From contig CAVSCA010000007.1 of the NCBI GenBank assembly GCA_963726325.1, positions 103,389 through 167,388 on the forward strand: a DNA stretch of 64,000 bases. The letters run 5' to 3'. Below the pieces are notes generated by a model, which searched no databases, had not been told where the DNA came from, and saw only the letters and a program-made list of their open reading frames with translations. The position numbers and the translations under genes were made by a program. Shown here piece by piece: positions 49,518-59,906 of this stretch. How positions within the stretch are numbered: position 1 is the stretch's first letter; every line of letters begins with the position of its first letter. This DNA comes from an uncultured Actinomycetes bacterium (GTDB lineage: Bacteria > Actinomycetota > Coriobacteriia > Anaerosomatales > PHET01).

Positions 49518-50199
49518 ATGTCGACGACTGAGGAGTACTGGGTCGAAGTCCTGACGCGCGAGACTTGACGCATCCCGAGCTGCGGCCGTCGGTAGAGCGG
49601 CTTGGTTCTTCGGCCCAACGGCTATGACGCATGCGACACGATCCATGGCGTGACGCACACCCTGCGTGTGTGGGTGCATGCCATGGAGCTCGCGAGGTCC
49701 TCGGCTTCAAGAACTGGCAGCGCGATGCACTGCACTACGCCGCGATGTGGCACGACATCGGCCGCACGCACGACGGCGTCGACTACTACCACGGTGCCAA
49801 GAGCGCCGGACGGGTCATGGGGATCGGGTTGCACCTGGATCGGTGCGACGACCGCTGGTTCGTCGAGACGACGCTGTTCGCCGTCACGCACCACAGCGGC
49901 TGCGGAGCACGGCAAGCGGAGCTGGCAATCAGGTACTCACTCCGGGCTGCGCGGGTTCGACGAGCAGTGGATGGAGCGTGATGACGCTGGATCTTCCAGC
50001 GTGCTCAAGGACGCCGATGCGCTCGACCGGGTCCGTCTGGGGCGCGGGACCTCGATCCCTCGTACCTGCGCTTCGCCGATCGCACGCGCGTATCGAGCGG
50101 GCGTGGGAGATGCTGGAGGCGAGCGAGGAGCTGAAGCTCGGCGTGCGATACCGCTTGTCTCACCTCCTGTATGAGCCTACAGTTGGGGCGAACCCTTAA
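49518..50199 (+). CDS. HD-domain phosphohydrolase-superfamily protein, several frame breaks; 5' end uncertain
   Basis: HGVTHTLRVWVHAMELA, ALHYAAMWHDIGRTHDG (the HD dyad), LFAVTHHSG, LKDADALDRVRLG and the C-terminal ...EMLEASEELKLGVRYRLSHLLY are spread over ORFs 49602-50174, 49631-49981 and 49666-50199. Confidence 0.6.
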
Positions 50200-50939
50200 C
50201 CGCGTGACCCAGAGCAGACTGCCTCGTGCGGCTCCTGTCGGGGAGTGGGAGCACACATGAGGGCACGCAACGCACTCGTGCGCCAACGGATGCGATCCGG
50301 CATGTTCTCTACGTCCGGTTCTGACAGCTATCTCGGCGTTCGCATGCCTCATGGCCGGCCTCTCGACAGCGACCGCCCTTGCCGCACCAGCCGCACCCGT
50401 GATCAGCGGACCGTCCAGCGTCCAGTTCATCATACACCCGCCCGGCTTCGCGGCGCGCTCAGCTGGGAGCCTGTCGACACGGCCACCGAGTACCGCGTCT
50501 ACGACGCCGACACGGCGACGTTGATCAGCACGGTGACCACCCCGACGCTACATGGTCTATGGACTGCAGGGCATGACGTATCGGCGCTACGTCGTGGCCG
50601 TGGACGCAGTGGGAGACGCCTCGCCGCCCAGCAACACGCTGGATATTCAGCAAACGGTGGCTCCTGTAGCTCCGGCGCCGCCTGCGGGCTTCGACTTGCT
50701 GCCCGGCTCGGTCTTCGAGTTGCAGACGTCGGCACCACCCTCTGGTCCGGCCCCCGTCGAGGTCCCGTATGACCCCTTGGAGGTTGCGGGCGACCCGGCT
50801 GATCTGAGGCTTATGCACTACACGGCCGAGCGGCTGGGCGGACATCACCACGTCGGTCGACACGGTGAACTCGGTCGTCCTCGGCGAGACCTCGGGCTTC
50901 TCCTTATTCGCTGTCATGGAGCCTGTCGCGATCGCGAGT

Positions 50940-53789
50940 ACACGATCACGCCTTCAGCGGGCGCGAACGGTTCCATCACCCCGGAAACCCCGCAGACCGT
51001 CGAGCACAGGCTCGACTCGACGACATTCACCATCACCGCCGACGCTGGCTACCACGTCGCCGACGTCCTCGTCGACGGCGCCTCGGTCGGGGCGGTAACG
51101 AGCTACAAGTTCACCAGTGTGGTCGCCGATCACACCATCTACGGCCAGCTTCGCGGCTCGACACCCACACCATCACGACGGCGCGGGGTCGAGCGGCACC
51201 ATCTCGCCCGGCTGCCGGTCGTGGCCCACGGCGACGACCAGACTTCCTCATCGTCCCCGACGCCCACTACCACGTCGTCCCGACGTCTCGTCGACGGCGT
51301 GTCGAAGGTGCGATCGACAGCTACATGTTCGCGAACGTGACCGCCGAGGGCCACACGATCCGGCCACCTTCGCGCATCGACACGAACGACATCACCGCGA
51401 GTGCCGGCGCGGGCGGCACTATCGCGCCCGCCGGCGGTCGAGCGCGGTTGGCTGGGGCGGCTCGCTCACCTACACCATCACCCCTGACGCCCACTTCCAC
51501 ATCGCCGACGTGCTCGTCGACGGCATCTCGGTCGGCGCCGGTGGCAAGCCACACCTTCACCGACGTGCAGTCGCCCCACACGATCGCGGCCACCTTCGCG
51601 ATCGACAGCCTACACGCTGACCTACCGCGCGGGCGCCGGCGGCACCGTCAGCGGCACGAGCCCGCAGAACGTGCCCACGGCTCCGACGGCACCGCCGTGA
51701 CCGCCGTGCCCCGACGCCGGCCACCACTTCGTAACCTGGTCTGACGGCATGCTCACCGCCGCGCGCACCGACACCAACGTGACGCGCCGACATCGACGTG
51801 ACGGCCACCTTCGCGCCCGACACGCTACCAGGTCGCCTTCGACAGCCAACGGCGGCACGGCCGTCGGCCCGCAGACGATCGCGTTCGGCTCGCTCGTGGC
51901 CACCCCGGTCCCCGACCCCACAGGACCGGCCACGCCTTCGCCGGCTGGTTCGCCGACGCGCGCGCTGACCGACCCGTGGGACTTCTCGGCACGATACCCT
52001 CGGGCGGCCGACATGACGCTGTCACGCGAAGTGGACCATCGACACCTATCAGCTGACCTACCGCGCAGGCACCGGCGGCACCGTCAGCGCACGAGCCCGC
52101 AGACCGTCGCCCACGGCTCGCTGACGGCACCCCCGTGACCGCGCTGCCAGACGCCGGCCACCACTTCGTGGCCTGGTCGCCGACGGCGTGCTCACCGCCG
52201 CGCGCACCGACACGAACGTGGCGCGCAGACATACGATGTGACGGCGACCTTCGCCACTCGACACCTACACCATCACCACGAGCGCGGGCGCGGGCGGCAC
52301 CATCTCGCCGGCCTCGCCGGTCGTGGCCCACGGCGCTGACCAGAGCTTCCTGATCGTCCCCGACGCCCACTTCCACGTCGTCGACGTGTCGTCGACGGCG
52401 TGTCGCAAGGCGCGATCGGCTCCTACACGTTTGCCAACGTCACCGCCGCGGGCCACACGATCGCGGCCACCTTCGCGATCGACACCAACGACATCACCGC
52501 GAGCGCGGCGCGGGCGGCACCATCGCGCCGGCCGGGGTGAGCGCGGTGGGCTGGGGCGGCTCCTCAGGCCTACACCATCACCCCCGACGCCCAACTTCCA
52601 CATCGCCGACGTGCTCGTCGACGGCGTCTCGGTCGGGCCGGTGGCAAGCCACACCTTCACCGACGTGCAGTCGCCCCACACGATCGCGGCCACCTTCGCG
52701 ATCGACACCTACACGCTGACCTACCGCGCGGGTGCCGGCGGCACGCTGTCGCGGCACGAGCCCGCAGACGGTGGCCCACGGCTCCGACGGCACCGCCGTG
52801 ACGGCGCTGCCCGACGCCGGCCACCACTTCGTATCCTGGTCTGACGGCATGCTCACCGCCGCGCGCACCGACACGAACGTGACCGCCGACATCGACGTGA
52901 CGGCCACCTTCGCGACCGACACGCACCAGGTCACCTTCGACAGCAACGGCGGCACGGCCGTCGGCCCGCAGACGGTCGCGTTCGGCTCGCTTGTGGCCAC
53001 GCCCGGTGCCCGACCCCACCAGGACCGGCCACGCCTTCGCCGGCTGGTACGCCGATGCCGGGCCTGACCGACCCGTGGGACTTCTCGGCAGATACCGTCG
53101 GCGCGGCCGATCTCACGCTTCACGCGAAGTGGGTCGCCAACGGCTACACGGTCTCGTTCAACAGCAACGGCGGCACGGCCGTCGGCTCGCAGACGATCGC
53201 GTTCGGCTCGCTGGTCGCGACCCCCGTGCCCGATCCCACGAGGACCGGCCACGCCTTCGCCGGCTGGTTCGCCGATGCGGCGCTGACCGACCCGTGGCAC
53301 TTCGCGACCGACACGGTCGGCGCGGCCGATCTGACGCTTCACGCGAAGTGGGTCGCCAACGGCTACACGGTCTCGTTCAACAGCAACGGCGGCACGGCCG
53401 TCGCCCCGCAGACGATCGCGTTCGGCTCGCTCGTGGCCACGCCCGTGCCCGATCCCACGAGGACCGGCCACGCCTTCGCCGGCTGGTACGCGGATGCCGG
53501 CACTCACCGACCCGTGGGACTTCTCGGCAGATACCGTCGGGCCGCCGATCTGACGCTTCACGCGAAGTGGGTCGCCAACGGCTACACGGTCTCGTTCAAC
53601 AGCAACGGCGGCACGGCCGTCGGCTCGCAGACGATCGCGTTCGGCTCGCTCGTGGCCACGCCCGTGCCCGATCCCACGAGGACCGGCCACGCCTTCGCCG
53701 GCTGGTACGCCGATGCCGGCCTCACCGACCCGTGGGACTTCTCGGCAGATACCGTCGGCGCGGCCGATCTGACGCTTCACGCGAAGTGG
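50940..53789 (+). repeat. Coding domain-repeat array with a higher-order repeat of about 1.1 kb
   Basis: ACACCCACACCATCACG at 51161 recurs as ACACCTACACCATCACC at 52261 (offset 1100). CGACACGAACGAC near 51378 recurs as CGACACCAACGAC near 52480. The same A-B-C-LB unit order follows each. Confidence 0.7.
52914..53789 (+). repeat. Tandem 219-bp (73-codon) repeat, one degenerate plus three near-identical units
   Basis: GTCGCCAACGGCTACACGGTCTCGTTCAACAGCAACGGCGGCACGGCCGTC starts at 53133, 53352 and 53571. The preceding unit (HQVTFDSNGG...) is related. Confidence 0.85.
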
Positions 53790-54320
53790 ACGACCACCTA
53801 CACGATCACCGCCTCTGCGGGTGCCCACGGGAAGCTCTCGGCCAACGGGAGGATCGTCGTGCGCAGGGGCAGTAGCCTGACGGTCACCATCACTCCCGAC
53901 CCCGGCTACGCCGTCGCGAGCGTGAAGGTCGACGGTGTCTCGAAGGGCGCTCTGCGGAGCTACACGTTCACCAACGTGACCGCCAACCACTCGATCTCGG
54001 CCACCTTCAAGCGGCCCACCAGCACCGCGCTGTCGGCCAGCGCGAAGTCGATCCGCCGAGGTCGCCGCGTGACCTTGTACGCGAGACTCAAGTCGACTAC
54101 CGGCACCTTCAGCAACACCTACATCCGGTTCGAGGTCAAGTTGCCCGGGTCGAGTCGCTACATCCTGCTGAAGAAGGTCAAGGTGAGCGCATCGGGGAAG
54201 GCAACGTACAGCTACAGAGTCCTGAACCGGGGCAAGCGCTTCCACCGCGTGCGGTTCGTCGGGAACTCGACGCTCCTGCCGGCTCCGGTCAAACCCGGAC
54301 TCGCGCTGCGCGTTCGGTAG
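53055..54320 (+). CDS. Longest uninterrupted 3' segment (421 codons) of the giant surface-protein gene
   Basis: The listed ORF holds three complete 73-aa Listeria-Bacteroides-type repeats, one InlB-B-like domain (YTITASAGAHGKLSANGRIVV...YAVASVKVDGVS) and an Ig-like C-terminus (...GKATYSYRVLNRGKRFHRVRFVGNSTL). Confidence 0.75.
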   Translation: MPGLTDPWDFSADTVGAADLTLHAKWVANGYTVSFNSNGGTAVGSQTIAFGSLVATPVPDPTRTGHAFAGWFADAALTDPWHFATDTVGAADLTLHAKWVANGYTVSFNSNGGTAVAPQTIAFGSLVATPVPDPTRTGHAFAGWYADAGTHRPVGLLGRYRRAADLTLHAKWVANGYTVSFNSNGGTAVGSQTIAFGSLVATPVPDPTRTGHAFAGWYADAGLTDPWDFSADTVGAADLTLHAKWTTTYTITASAGAHGKLSANGRIVVRRGSSLTVTITPDPGYAVASVKVDGVSKGALRSYTFTNVTANHSISATFKRPTSTALSASAKSIRRGRRVTLYARLKSTTGTFSNTYIRFEVKLPGSSRYILLKKVKVSASGKATYSYRVLNRGKRFHRVRFVGNSTLLPAPVKPGLALRVR

Positions 54321-54326
54321 CCGAGG

Positions 54327-55194
54327 CTACTGAGCGTCCACGGCCCCGGTTGTCACCTGACCCTCGCTCAGCCCCGCGCTCGCGAGTGCGTCCGAGTAGG
54401 ACCGGTCGAGTGCGGCGAATGGGTCGTCGAGCACGTCCTGGTTCAGCTTCGAGAGCTTCGAAGTGTCGACGACTCTGCCCTTGGCCCCGCGCTTGACGAC
54501 TGCCGTGCGCGCCGCGCGGGTCGCGTCGCCCGTCGTCCTCCCGAGAGCCTGCGTGGCCGCCGACAATGCCTTGTAGACCGATTCGAACGACTGCGCCGTG
54601 GGACCCTCCGACGCGATAGTCGATTCAAGGGTGTCGATCTTCATTTGGAGTGTCGACAGTCGCGCGACTTCTGAGGCGACGGACACATTGAGCGGCCCCG
54701 GCTTCGTCGGACTCGAAGGGTACGACCAGTATCTCGGTCGGTAGGTGCGGACCACTACCAGCTCTCCGTCGGAGTTCGCGCGTTCCGTTTCGCTGGCGGC
54801 GTAGCGTCGGCGCTCAGAGGAGTTGTGGGCTCTCACGGCCGCGACGCGTCGGCTGTAGCGGGCCTTTCGCTCGGCCCATCTTCGGTCCCATTCGCGCGAG
54901 GCCGAAGCGCTCGATTTCGCTTTCTTGTTCAGGGCAGCCATCGTCTTGCTGAGTTCGGAGCGCATCGCCTTCAGCTTGGCGATGTGCGCCGAGACGGCCT
55001 GGCCCTCGGTGATTGCCGTCGCTTGGTCGGTCTGGGCGGCTTGGGCTGAGACCCGGATTCTGCTCAGCTGCCCACTCCGCCTCTATCTGCTCGGCTTGCT
55101 GCTTCACCTGGTGCTGATAGGCCGCAAGCGTCCCGCCAACGACAACTGAAGTCGTCACCAAGACCGCGATGAACAGTCTGTTGCTTCTGAGCAT
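54327..55194 (-). CDS. Membrane-anchored coiled-coil protein of unknown function, one frame break near 55060
   Basis: The N-terminal anchor is MLRSNRLFIAVLVTTSVVVGGTLAAY. ORF 54327-54965 is heptad-like (MRSELSKTMAALNKKAK..., LSTLQMKIDTLESTIASE). G+C is lower (32/60 at 54601-54660). Confidence 0.5.
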
Positions 55195-55626
55195 GAACCA
55201 CACCCCGTTGCCCCGTTTCGTATCGTTGTGCGGTCTAGCCCCATTATCGCCCTTCGAAGCAGCCGTACCAGCAGGAGATGTGGCCACCTCCTGTCTCGGA
55301 GAACCTACCCACCCGCAGGGACAAGGGTCCCGCGTGCTACACTCGGGTGACCCCGACTTCGGGGTCGCGCTGTCCCTACTCGGCTGGGACACTCCGCGCC
55401 ACCGGCGACAGCCCGCGTCCGCGACCGCTCGACGCACAAGATGAAGCTGTTGCCCGATTGAACTCCTCAGCCGCAACCCAGGAATCCCCACGGGATGCCC
55501 CTAGCATCTGTGCGATCGCCTCGCATATGACGACTCGGAGTTGGAACCGCGGGTATCTCTAAGATGTGCCGCCTGATCGGTGGCAGTCGCCGCGCTGCTG
55601 CGCGACCAGGAATGAGAGGCGCCCTC

Positions 55627-55908
55627 ATGTGGGTATCGACGAAACGTTTCCACTCTCGGGTTCCATCCAGCGAGCCCGCCGTCACCTACGTCGACGACGG
55701 TGGCAGCGGACTGCTCAAAGCCTGCGAGGCGCGTTTCAAGCCGCCCACGTACGAAGTCGTCTGCGATGCTCGGCACACCGTCTGGGTCAAGCGAGTCGAC
55801 CTCGGCCTGTCCATAGGACTCTCGGCATGGCAGCTCCGTGGGCGTTCGACGGCCGAGATCCTCGATAGCGTCGCCGAGAAGCTCGACTGCTCGGTCACTC
55901 CCTGCTAG
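55627..55908 (+). CDS. Hypothetical small protein
   Basis: The ORF in the frame of 55564-55908 starts at an ATG preceded by AGAGG. I recognise no family. Confidence 0.3.
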   Translation: MWVSTKRFHSRVPSSEPAVTYVDDGGSGLLKACEARFKPPTYEVVCDARHTVWVKRVDLGLSIGLSAWQLRGRSTAEILDSVAEKLDCSVTPC

Positions 55909-55954
55909 GTCCGCCTCGCGCAGCGCCGAGCAACGCCGCTCGCCCGCACGTGAG

Positions 55955-57274
55955 CTAGTCTGCGGCCCCGCCGGCAGGCTCCGCTTGCGCTTCTACCACC
56001 TCGAGCACCGATGACGCGGCCGCGAGACCCTCGCCGCACACCAGCGAGAGCAGCGAGCGCGCCGTCTCCGGAGCCGCCGCGGTCGGGCAGCGTCTCGAGG
56101 ATGTGCTGCGCCTTGGCGACGCACGCCGGATCGGCAAGCGCCGAGATCCGTCCTCCGCTGAGCAAGGCGACGCGGTCTCCGGGCAGCAGCAACTGGAGCC
56201 GAGAGGGGAGCGCGCCCTTGCCGGCACCCACGGGGGGCGCGTCCGAGAGCACGAGGTCGAAGCGTTCGTCTCGGCCGAGGATCAGCAGTGCGGCTGCCCC
56301 GGCCTCGGCGATCTCCAGCGCGCCGGTCGCCGGCGAGAGCACGGTCACGACGCCCGACGCCCACGCGGCAGTCGCCTGAGAGCGCATCGAGCCGCCGAGC
56401 ATCCCGAGGACCTCACCGGGCGAGCTGCCGTGCGCAGCCGCCGCACGCATCACGCCGTGACCGGCCGCCACCGCCTCGGCGGCGCCGCCCTTGGGTCCCG
56501 CCGACACGGCGCCGACCGCGAACAGCAGTCCGCCGTCCGGCACCCCCGCAACCTCCGCGAACGCGACCGACCCGGCTTCGGGCTGCGCGGGCGTCACGGC
56601 GGTCGAGACGCGGGCGACCGCTGGCTCACTCCACGACGCGGCGACCGCGTCGGGAACCACCAGGCCGCGAGCGTTCATCTGAAACGCCGCGAGCTCGGCA
56701 TCGTCACACGCCGGTTTGGGCACCGTGGCGGCGATATCAGCAGGGACCCCGGTGGGCGCCGCATCGCAGCACGATCGCCACGACATCGGCGAACAACTGG
56801 AGGTTTCGCCGGTCCTCCTCCTCGAACGGGTGGGGCTCGGGCCACTCGAGGATCAGCACGCCGAGGGTTCCCTCGAGCACCGTCAGGCCGAGAACCGCGT
56901 ATGCGTGCGCCCCGAAGCCGTTGCGCCACCGGCCGATGCCGTTGGTCTTGCCTTCGCCGTTCTCAACGCCGTGCGGGTTGCCCACGAAGATCGGATCGCC
57001 GCCCAGAGCGGTCCGAGTTGCGTCTGTGGACTTGTCGAGCGGAGTGGAGAGGTCGGCCATGAACGAGGAGAGCTGCCCGACGGCGGCGATCGAGTCCAGG
57101 CGCGCGCTCGTCAGAGTCGCGGTGCACGACGCTGATACTCGCGCCTGCCAAGCCGAGGCCGGCGACCGCATGCGCGCAGATCGCCTGGGCGAGGGCATCG
57201 CGTCGTTCAACCGTGCGGGCGATTTCCACCAGCACAGCGAGGTTGAGCCTGGATCCTCGAGGAGCCGCTTCCAT
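55955..57274 (-). CDS. GAF-domain + PP2C/SpoIIE-type phosphatase, about 3 frame breaks
   Basis: The GAF-like N-terminus is LNLAVLVEIARTVERRDALAQAI...VLGLTVLEGTLGVLILEWPEPHPFEEEDRRNLQLFADVVAIVL. The PP2C-like part is GGLLFAVGAVSAGPKGGAAEAVAAGHGVMR...LLILGRDERFDLVLSDAPPVG...LLLPGDRVALLSGG. Confidence 0.6.
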
Positions 57275-57419
57275 GACGTGTGGATATTCCCGTTCGCTTC
57301 GAAGTTGCCGCGGAGTGCTGAAGCGCGAACGGTGCCAAACGGGGCGGCAACGTCTCTGCCCGCACAGGAACAGCACAGTCGGGGGCGGGAACATACAAAA
57401 TGAAGAGGGGGTGAGAGCC

Positions 57420-57878
57420 ATGAAGAAGGATGCTCTCACGAAGGCGTTGGCCGTCGCTGGTACGGTCCTGCTGTGGTTCCCCATCGTCGCGACGTTCGGG
57501 CTGTCGCTTTTCGGGTCGATCAGGTCGGGTGTCTTTCTGTTCGACTGGCTGATTCCGGCCGAGTTGTCCCCGGTGGTGTTCCTCGGCGGTGCGTTCCTGC
57601 TGTGGGCTGCGATTCGTGCGCATTCGCGACGCGGTCTTGTCGGCTGGGGCATCGGCGTGGCAGCGGGCCTGCTCCTGGGCGGTCAGTTGCTCGCTCAGAC
57701 AACCGGACTGGCGTCTGGCGCGATCGAGCCGACCGGCTGGGCGGGCTTCGTCGTCACAGCGGCGATCGGGATCTACGCACTCGCGATCATCGAGCTGGGC
57801 GTGAGCGGGGTGCTGCTGGTGCGCGACCTGTTCAGGCGCGCTGGTGACACTCGGACGCCGGTGGCGCCGGTGACGTAG
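57420..57878 (+). CDS. 4-TM membrane protein of unknown function
   Basis: 152 aa starting MKKDALTK with GAAGAGGGGG upstream, four hydrophobic segments. Confidence 0.5.
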   Translation: MKKDALTKALAVAGTVLLWFPIVATFGLSLFGSIRSGVFLFDWLIPAELSPVVFLGGAFLLWAAIRAHSRRGLVGWGIGVAAGLLLGGQLLAQTTGLASGAIEPTGWAGFVVTAAIGIYALAIIELGVSGVLLVRDLFRRAGDTRTPVAPVT

Positions 57879-57994
57879 GCGGGACTCGGCCTCGGGCGGT
57901 CCCGCGCGTGACGAAGGCCCGCCCCTGCAGGAGGCGGGCCTCGTTGGCGATCCGGCCTTCTCGGCACCCGCTCGGTCGCGCCGAGCGGCTGGCC

Positions 57995-58997
57995 CTACGG
58001 GTTGAGATGCTTCAGGAACTCGAACACCAGGTCGGTGTAGGCCTCGAGCCTGACCATCGGCCTCATCGGGAAGTACGACTCGATGATGGACAGCGTGTCG
58101 TTGGGCGTGTGCCAGAACGACCCGTACTCCTCGGTCTGCTCGTAGCCGTCCAGATCCCCGATCTCCCAGTTCGTCGACTCGAACGCGACGATCGGGATTC
58201 CCGCCTGGTTGAAGGCCGTGTAGTCCGAGAAGCCGTCGGGCGTGAAGCCCGCGGGGTAGTCGGGGTTCAGGCCCGGCTGGATCTCGATCGGCAGCTTGCG
58301 GAGCCGGATCAGGCGCAGCATCTCGTCGCGCGCCCACGTCTTCTCGTTCGCGCCCGCGTGGATGTAGAGCTTGTCGCCCACGATCAGCGAGTCGAAGTTG
58401 ACCATGGCGATGGCGCGCGCCTTGTCGGCCGGCGCCATGTTGTTCGCGAAGTACGCCGAGCCCTTGAGCCCGACCTCCTCGGCGCCGAACGCGACGAACA
58501 CGACGTCGTACTCGGGCTTGTACTTGGCGATGCGCTGCGCGACCTCGAGCATGACCGCGACACCCGATGCGTTGTCGTCCGCGCCGGCGCCTGCGCTGAC
58601 AGCAGTCGTAGTGCGCGCCCACGATCACGAGCGGCGTGGGTGACGACTTCGGCTTCTTGGCGGCCGGCAGGTAGGCCACGACGTTCTGGCTGTTGTAGGT
58701 GACGCCCCTGCGCACGTAGGTGAACGGCTGGAAGTACGCGTTGATACCCGCGTCGTCGAACCAGCCCTTGATCTGGTTGGCGGCGGCGAGCTCCACAGGC
58801 GTGCCTGCGACGCGCTTGATCAGCGTCTCGGAACCGTCGGGGTTGACCACCCGTGTCAACGCCTCGACGTAGGAGTACGCGGTCGCACCGACCTCGTTTG
58901 GCATGAGCGGCCTGGCGGCAAACGCCGCCGGGACCACAAGCGTCATCGCGAGAACCAGCGCGATCGCAACTGCGAATGACTTCCGGAACCTATGCAT
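57995..58997 (-). CDS. Secreted M28-family aminopeptidase, one frame break near 58600
   Basis: The signal peptide is MHRFRKSFAVAIALVLAMTLVVPAAFA. ...LVIVGAHYD joins SAGAGADDNASGVAVMLEVAQ...VVFVAFGAEEVGLKGS...HTPNDT. Confidence 0.8.
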
Positions 58998-59152
58998 GGC
59001 AACGCCCCCTCACATCAGTGCCCACAGTTCGCGGCATGCTCGCGGTGACCGCTCTCGGCTGGCCACGAGGCCGCTTTGAGAACGTACCCGCATGTGAGGG
59101 GGCGCTATCGCTTCCTGGCGGCGTGACCGCCGCCCGGCCAGTGCGAGTGCGC

Positions 59153-59596
59153 CTACGCGCAGAACACGCGGACGTTGTCACCATCGCCCGAGACGACGTT
59201 GACCTCCATCTCGCGCAGGCTCTCGATGATGTCCTCGATGTCCTCGGGCTTGAGGTTGTTGAAATCGATCGACATGCCCTTGAGCTCCATCGACTCGTTG
59301 ATCTGGTCCATCGCCTGTGGCGGGATCAGCGAGGTGAGCTTGAGTCCGGCGCGCAGCAGCGCGAGCGGAACCTTCACGTCGACGGTGTCCTTGCCCCCGT
59401 AGACCTTCACGTACATGAACTTCGGGACCGTGCCTTCGGGTGCCGGGCCGGTGGGCCAGTCGGCGGAGGGCGAGGGTGTCGGTGCTGCGGTCGCCTCGGA
59501 AGTCGACTCGAGCGAGTCGAGCAGCAGGTCGGCCTCGGCCGCGGTGATCTTGCCTTCGGCGAGCATGTCCAGGATGCGCTTGCGGTCTTCGCTCAT
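59153..59596 (-). CDS. SHOCT-like domain protein (third gene of the DUF2089 operon)
   Basis: MSEDRKRILDMLAEGKITAAEADLLLDSLE is followed by a Pro/Ala linker and then ...VPKFMYVKVYGGKDTVDVKVPLALLRAGLKL... Intact 147 aa. Confidence 0.65.
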   Translation of the reverse strand: MSEDRKRILDMLAEGKITAAEADLLLDSLESTSEATAAPTPSPSADWPTGPAPEGTVPKFMYVKVYGGKDTVDVKVPLALLRAGLKLTSLIPPQAMDQINESMELKGMSIDFNNLKPEDIEDIIESLREMEVNVVSGDGDNVRVFCA

Positions 59597-59611
59597 GGTG
59601 GATCGTTCCTT

Positions 59612-59906
59612 TCAGTAGATGTCTACGTCGACAACGGTCGAGTCGCTGCCGTCGATGTGCGCCTGCGTACCGCGCACGAGCGCAAGCAGCTGCATCGTCG
59701 AGAGCACGAGCAGCGGTGTAGTGGTGGTACTCGGCGCCGGCGATCAGCAGTGCGAGGTCGACGAGCACCGTCACGAGCAGCACGAAGCCCACGATGATGA
59801 AGAGCAGCGGCCACAGGATCACGAACGGGAACCAGATTCGGAAGCCACGCTTCTCGGGCTCGCGCACGCGCACGTCGATCACGAGTGGAGGCAGTATCGC
59901 GTTCAT
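59612..59906 (-). CDS. Small membrane protein, one frame break near 59725
   Basis: MNAILPPLVIDVRVREPEKRGFRIWFPFVILWPLLFIIVGFVLLVTVLVDLALLIAGAEYHHYT continues as PLLVLSTMQLLALVRGTQAHIDGSDSTVVDVDIY in another frame. ATGA overlap with DUF2089. Confidence 0.5.

Larger units (their letters stand above)
50257..54320 (+). pseudogene. Giant repeat-rich surface protein (signal peptide, FN3-like domain, about nine InlB-B-like domains, five Listeria-Bacteroides-type repeats, C-terminal Ig-like segment). As assembled it has more than 20 frame changes between 50.3 and 53.05 kb.
   Basis: Fragments in all three plus frames read collinearly: LTAISAFACLMAGLSTATALAAPAAP; LSWEPVDTATEYRVYDADT...YRRYVVAVDAVGDASPPSN; repeated YT(I/L)T..AGAGGT....PDA(H/G).H..DVLVDG......(F)T......HTI.ATFA units; and F(N/D)SNGGTAVG.QTIAFGSLVATPVPDPTRTGHAFAGW(Y/F)ADA.LTDPWDF units. 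Confidence 0.75.

Noticed and set aside
47711-50199. Assignment of the XRE/vWA/HD locus to a named defence system (TerY-P triad, vWA-MoxR, or Septu/Gabija-like)
   Set aside because: The required partner genes (kinase and PP2C, a MoxR AAA+ ATPase, or ATPase/nuclease pairs) are absent. Only the generic domains are shared.
50940-53789. A possible CRISPR array or non-coding satellite in the highly repetitive 51-54 kb region
   Set aside because: The repeat units are 219-230 bp, directly adjacent with no unique spacers, and translate into recognisable protein domains. They are coding domain repeats.
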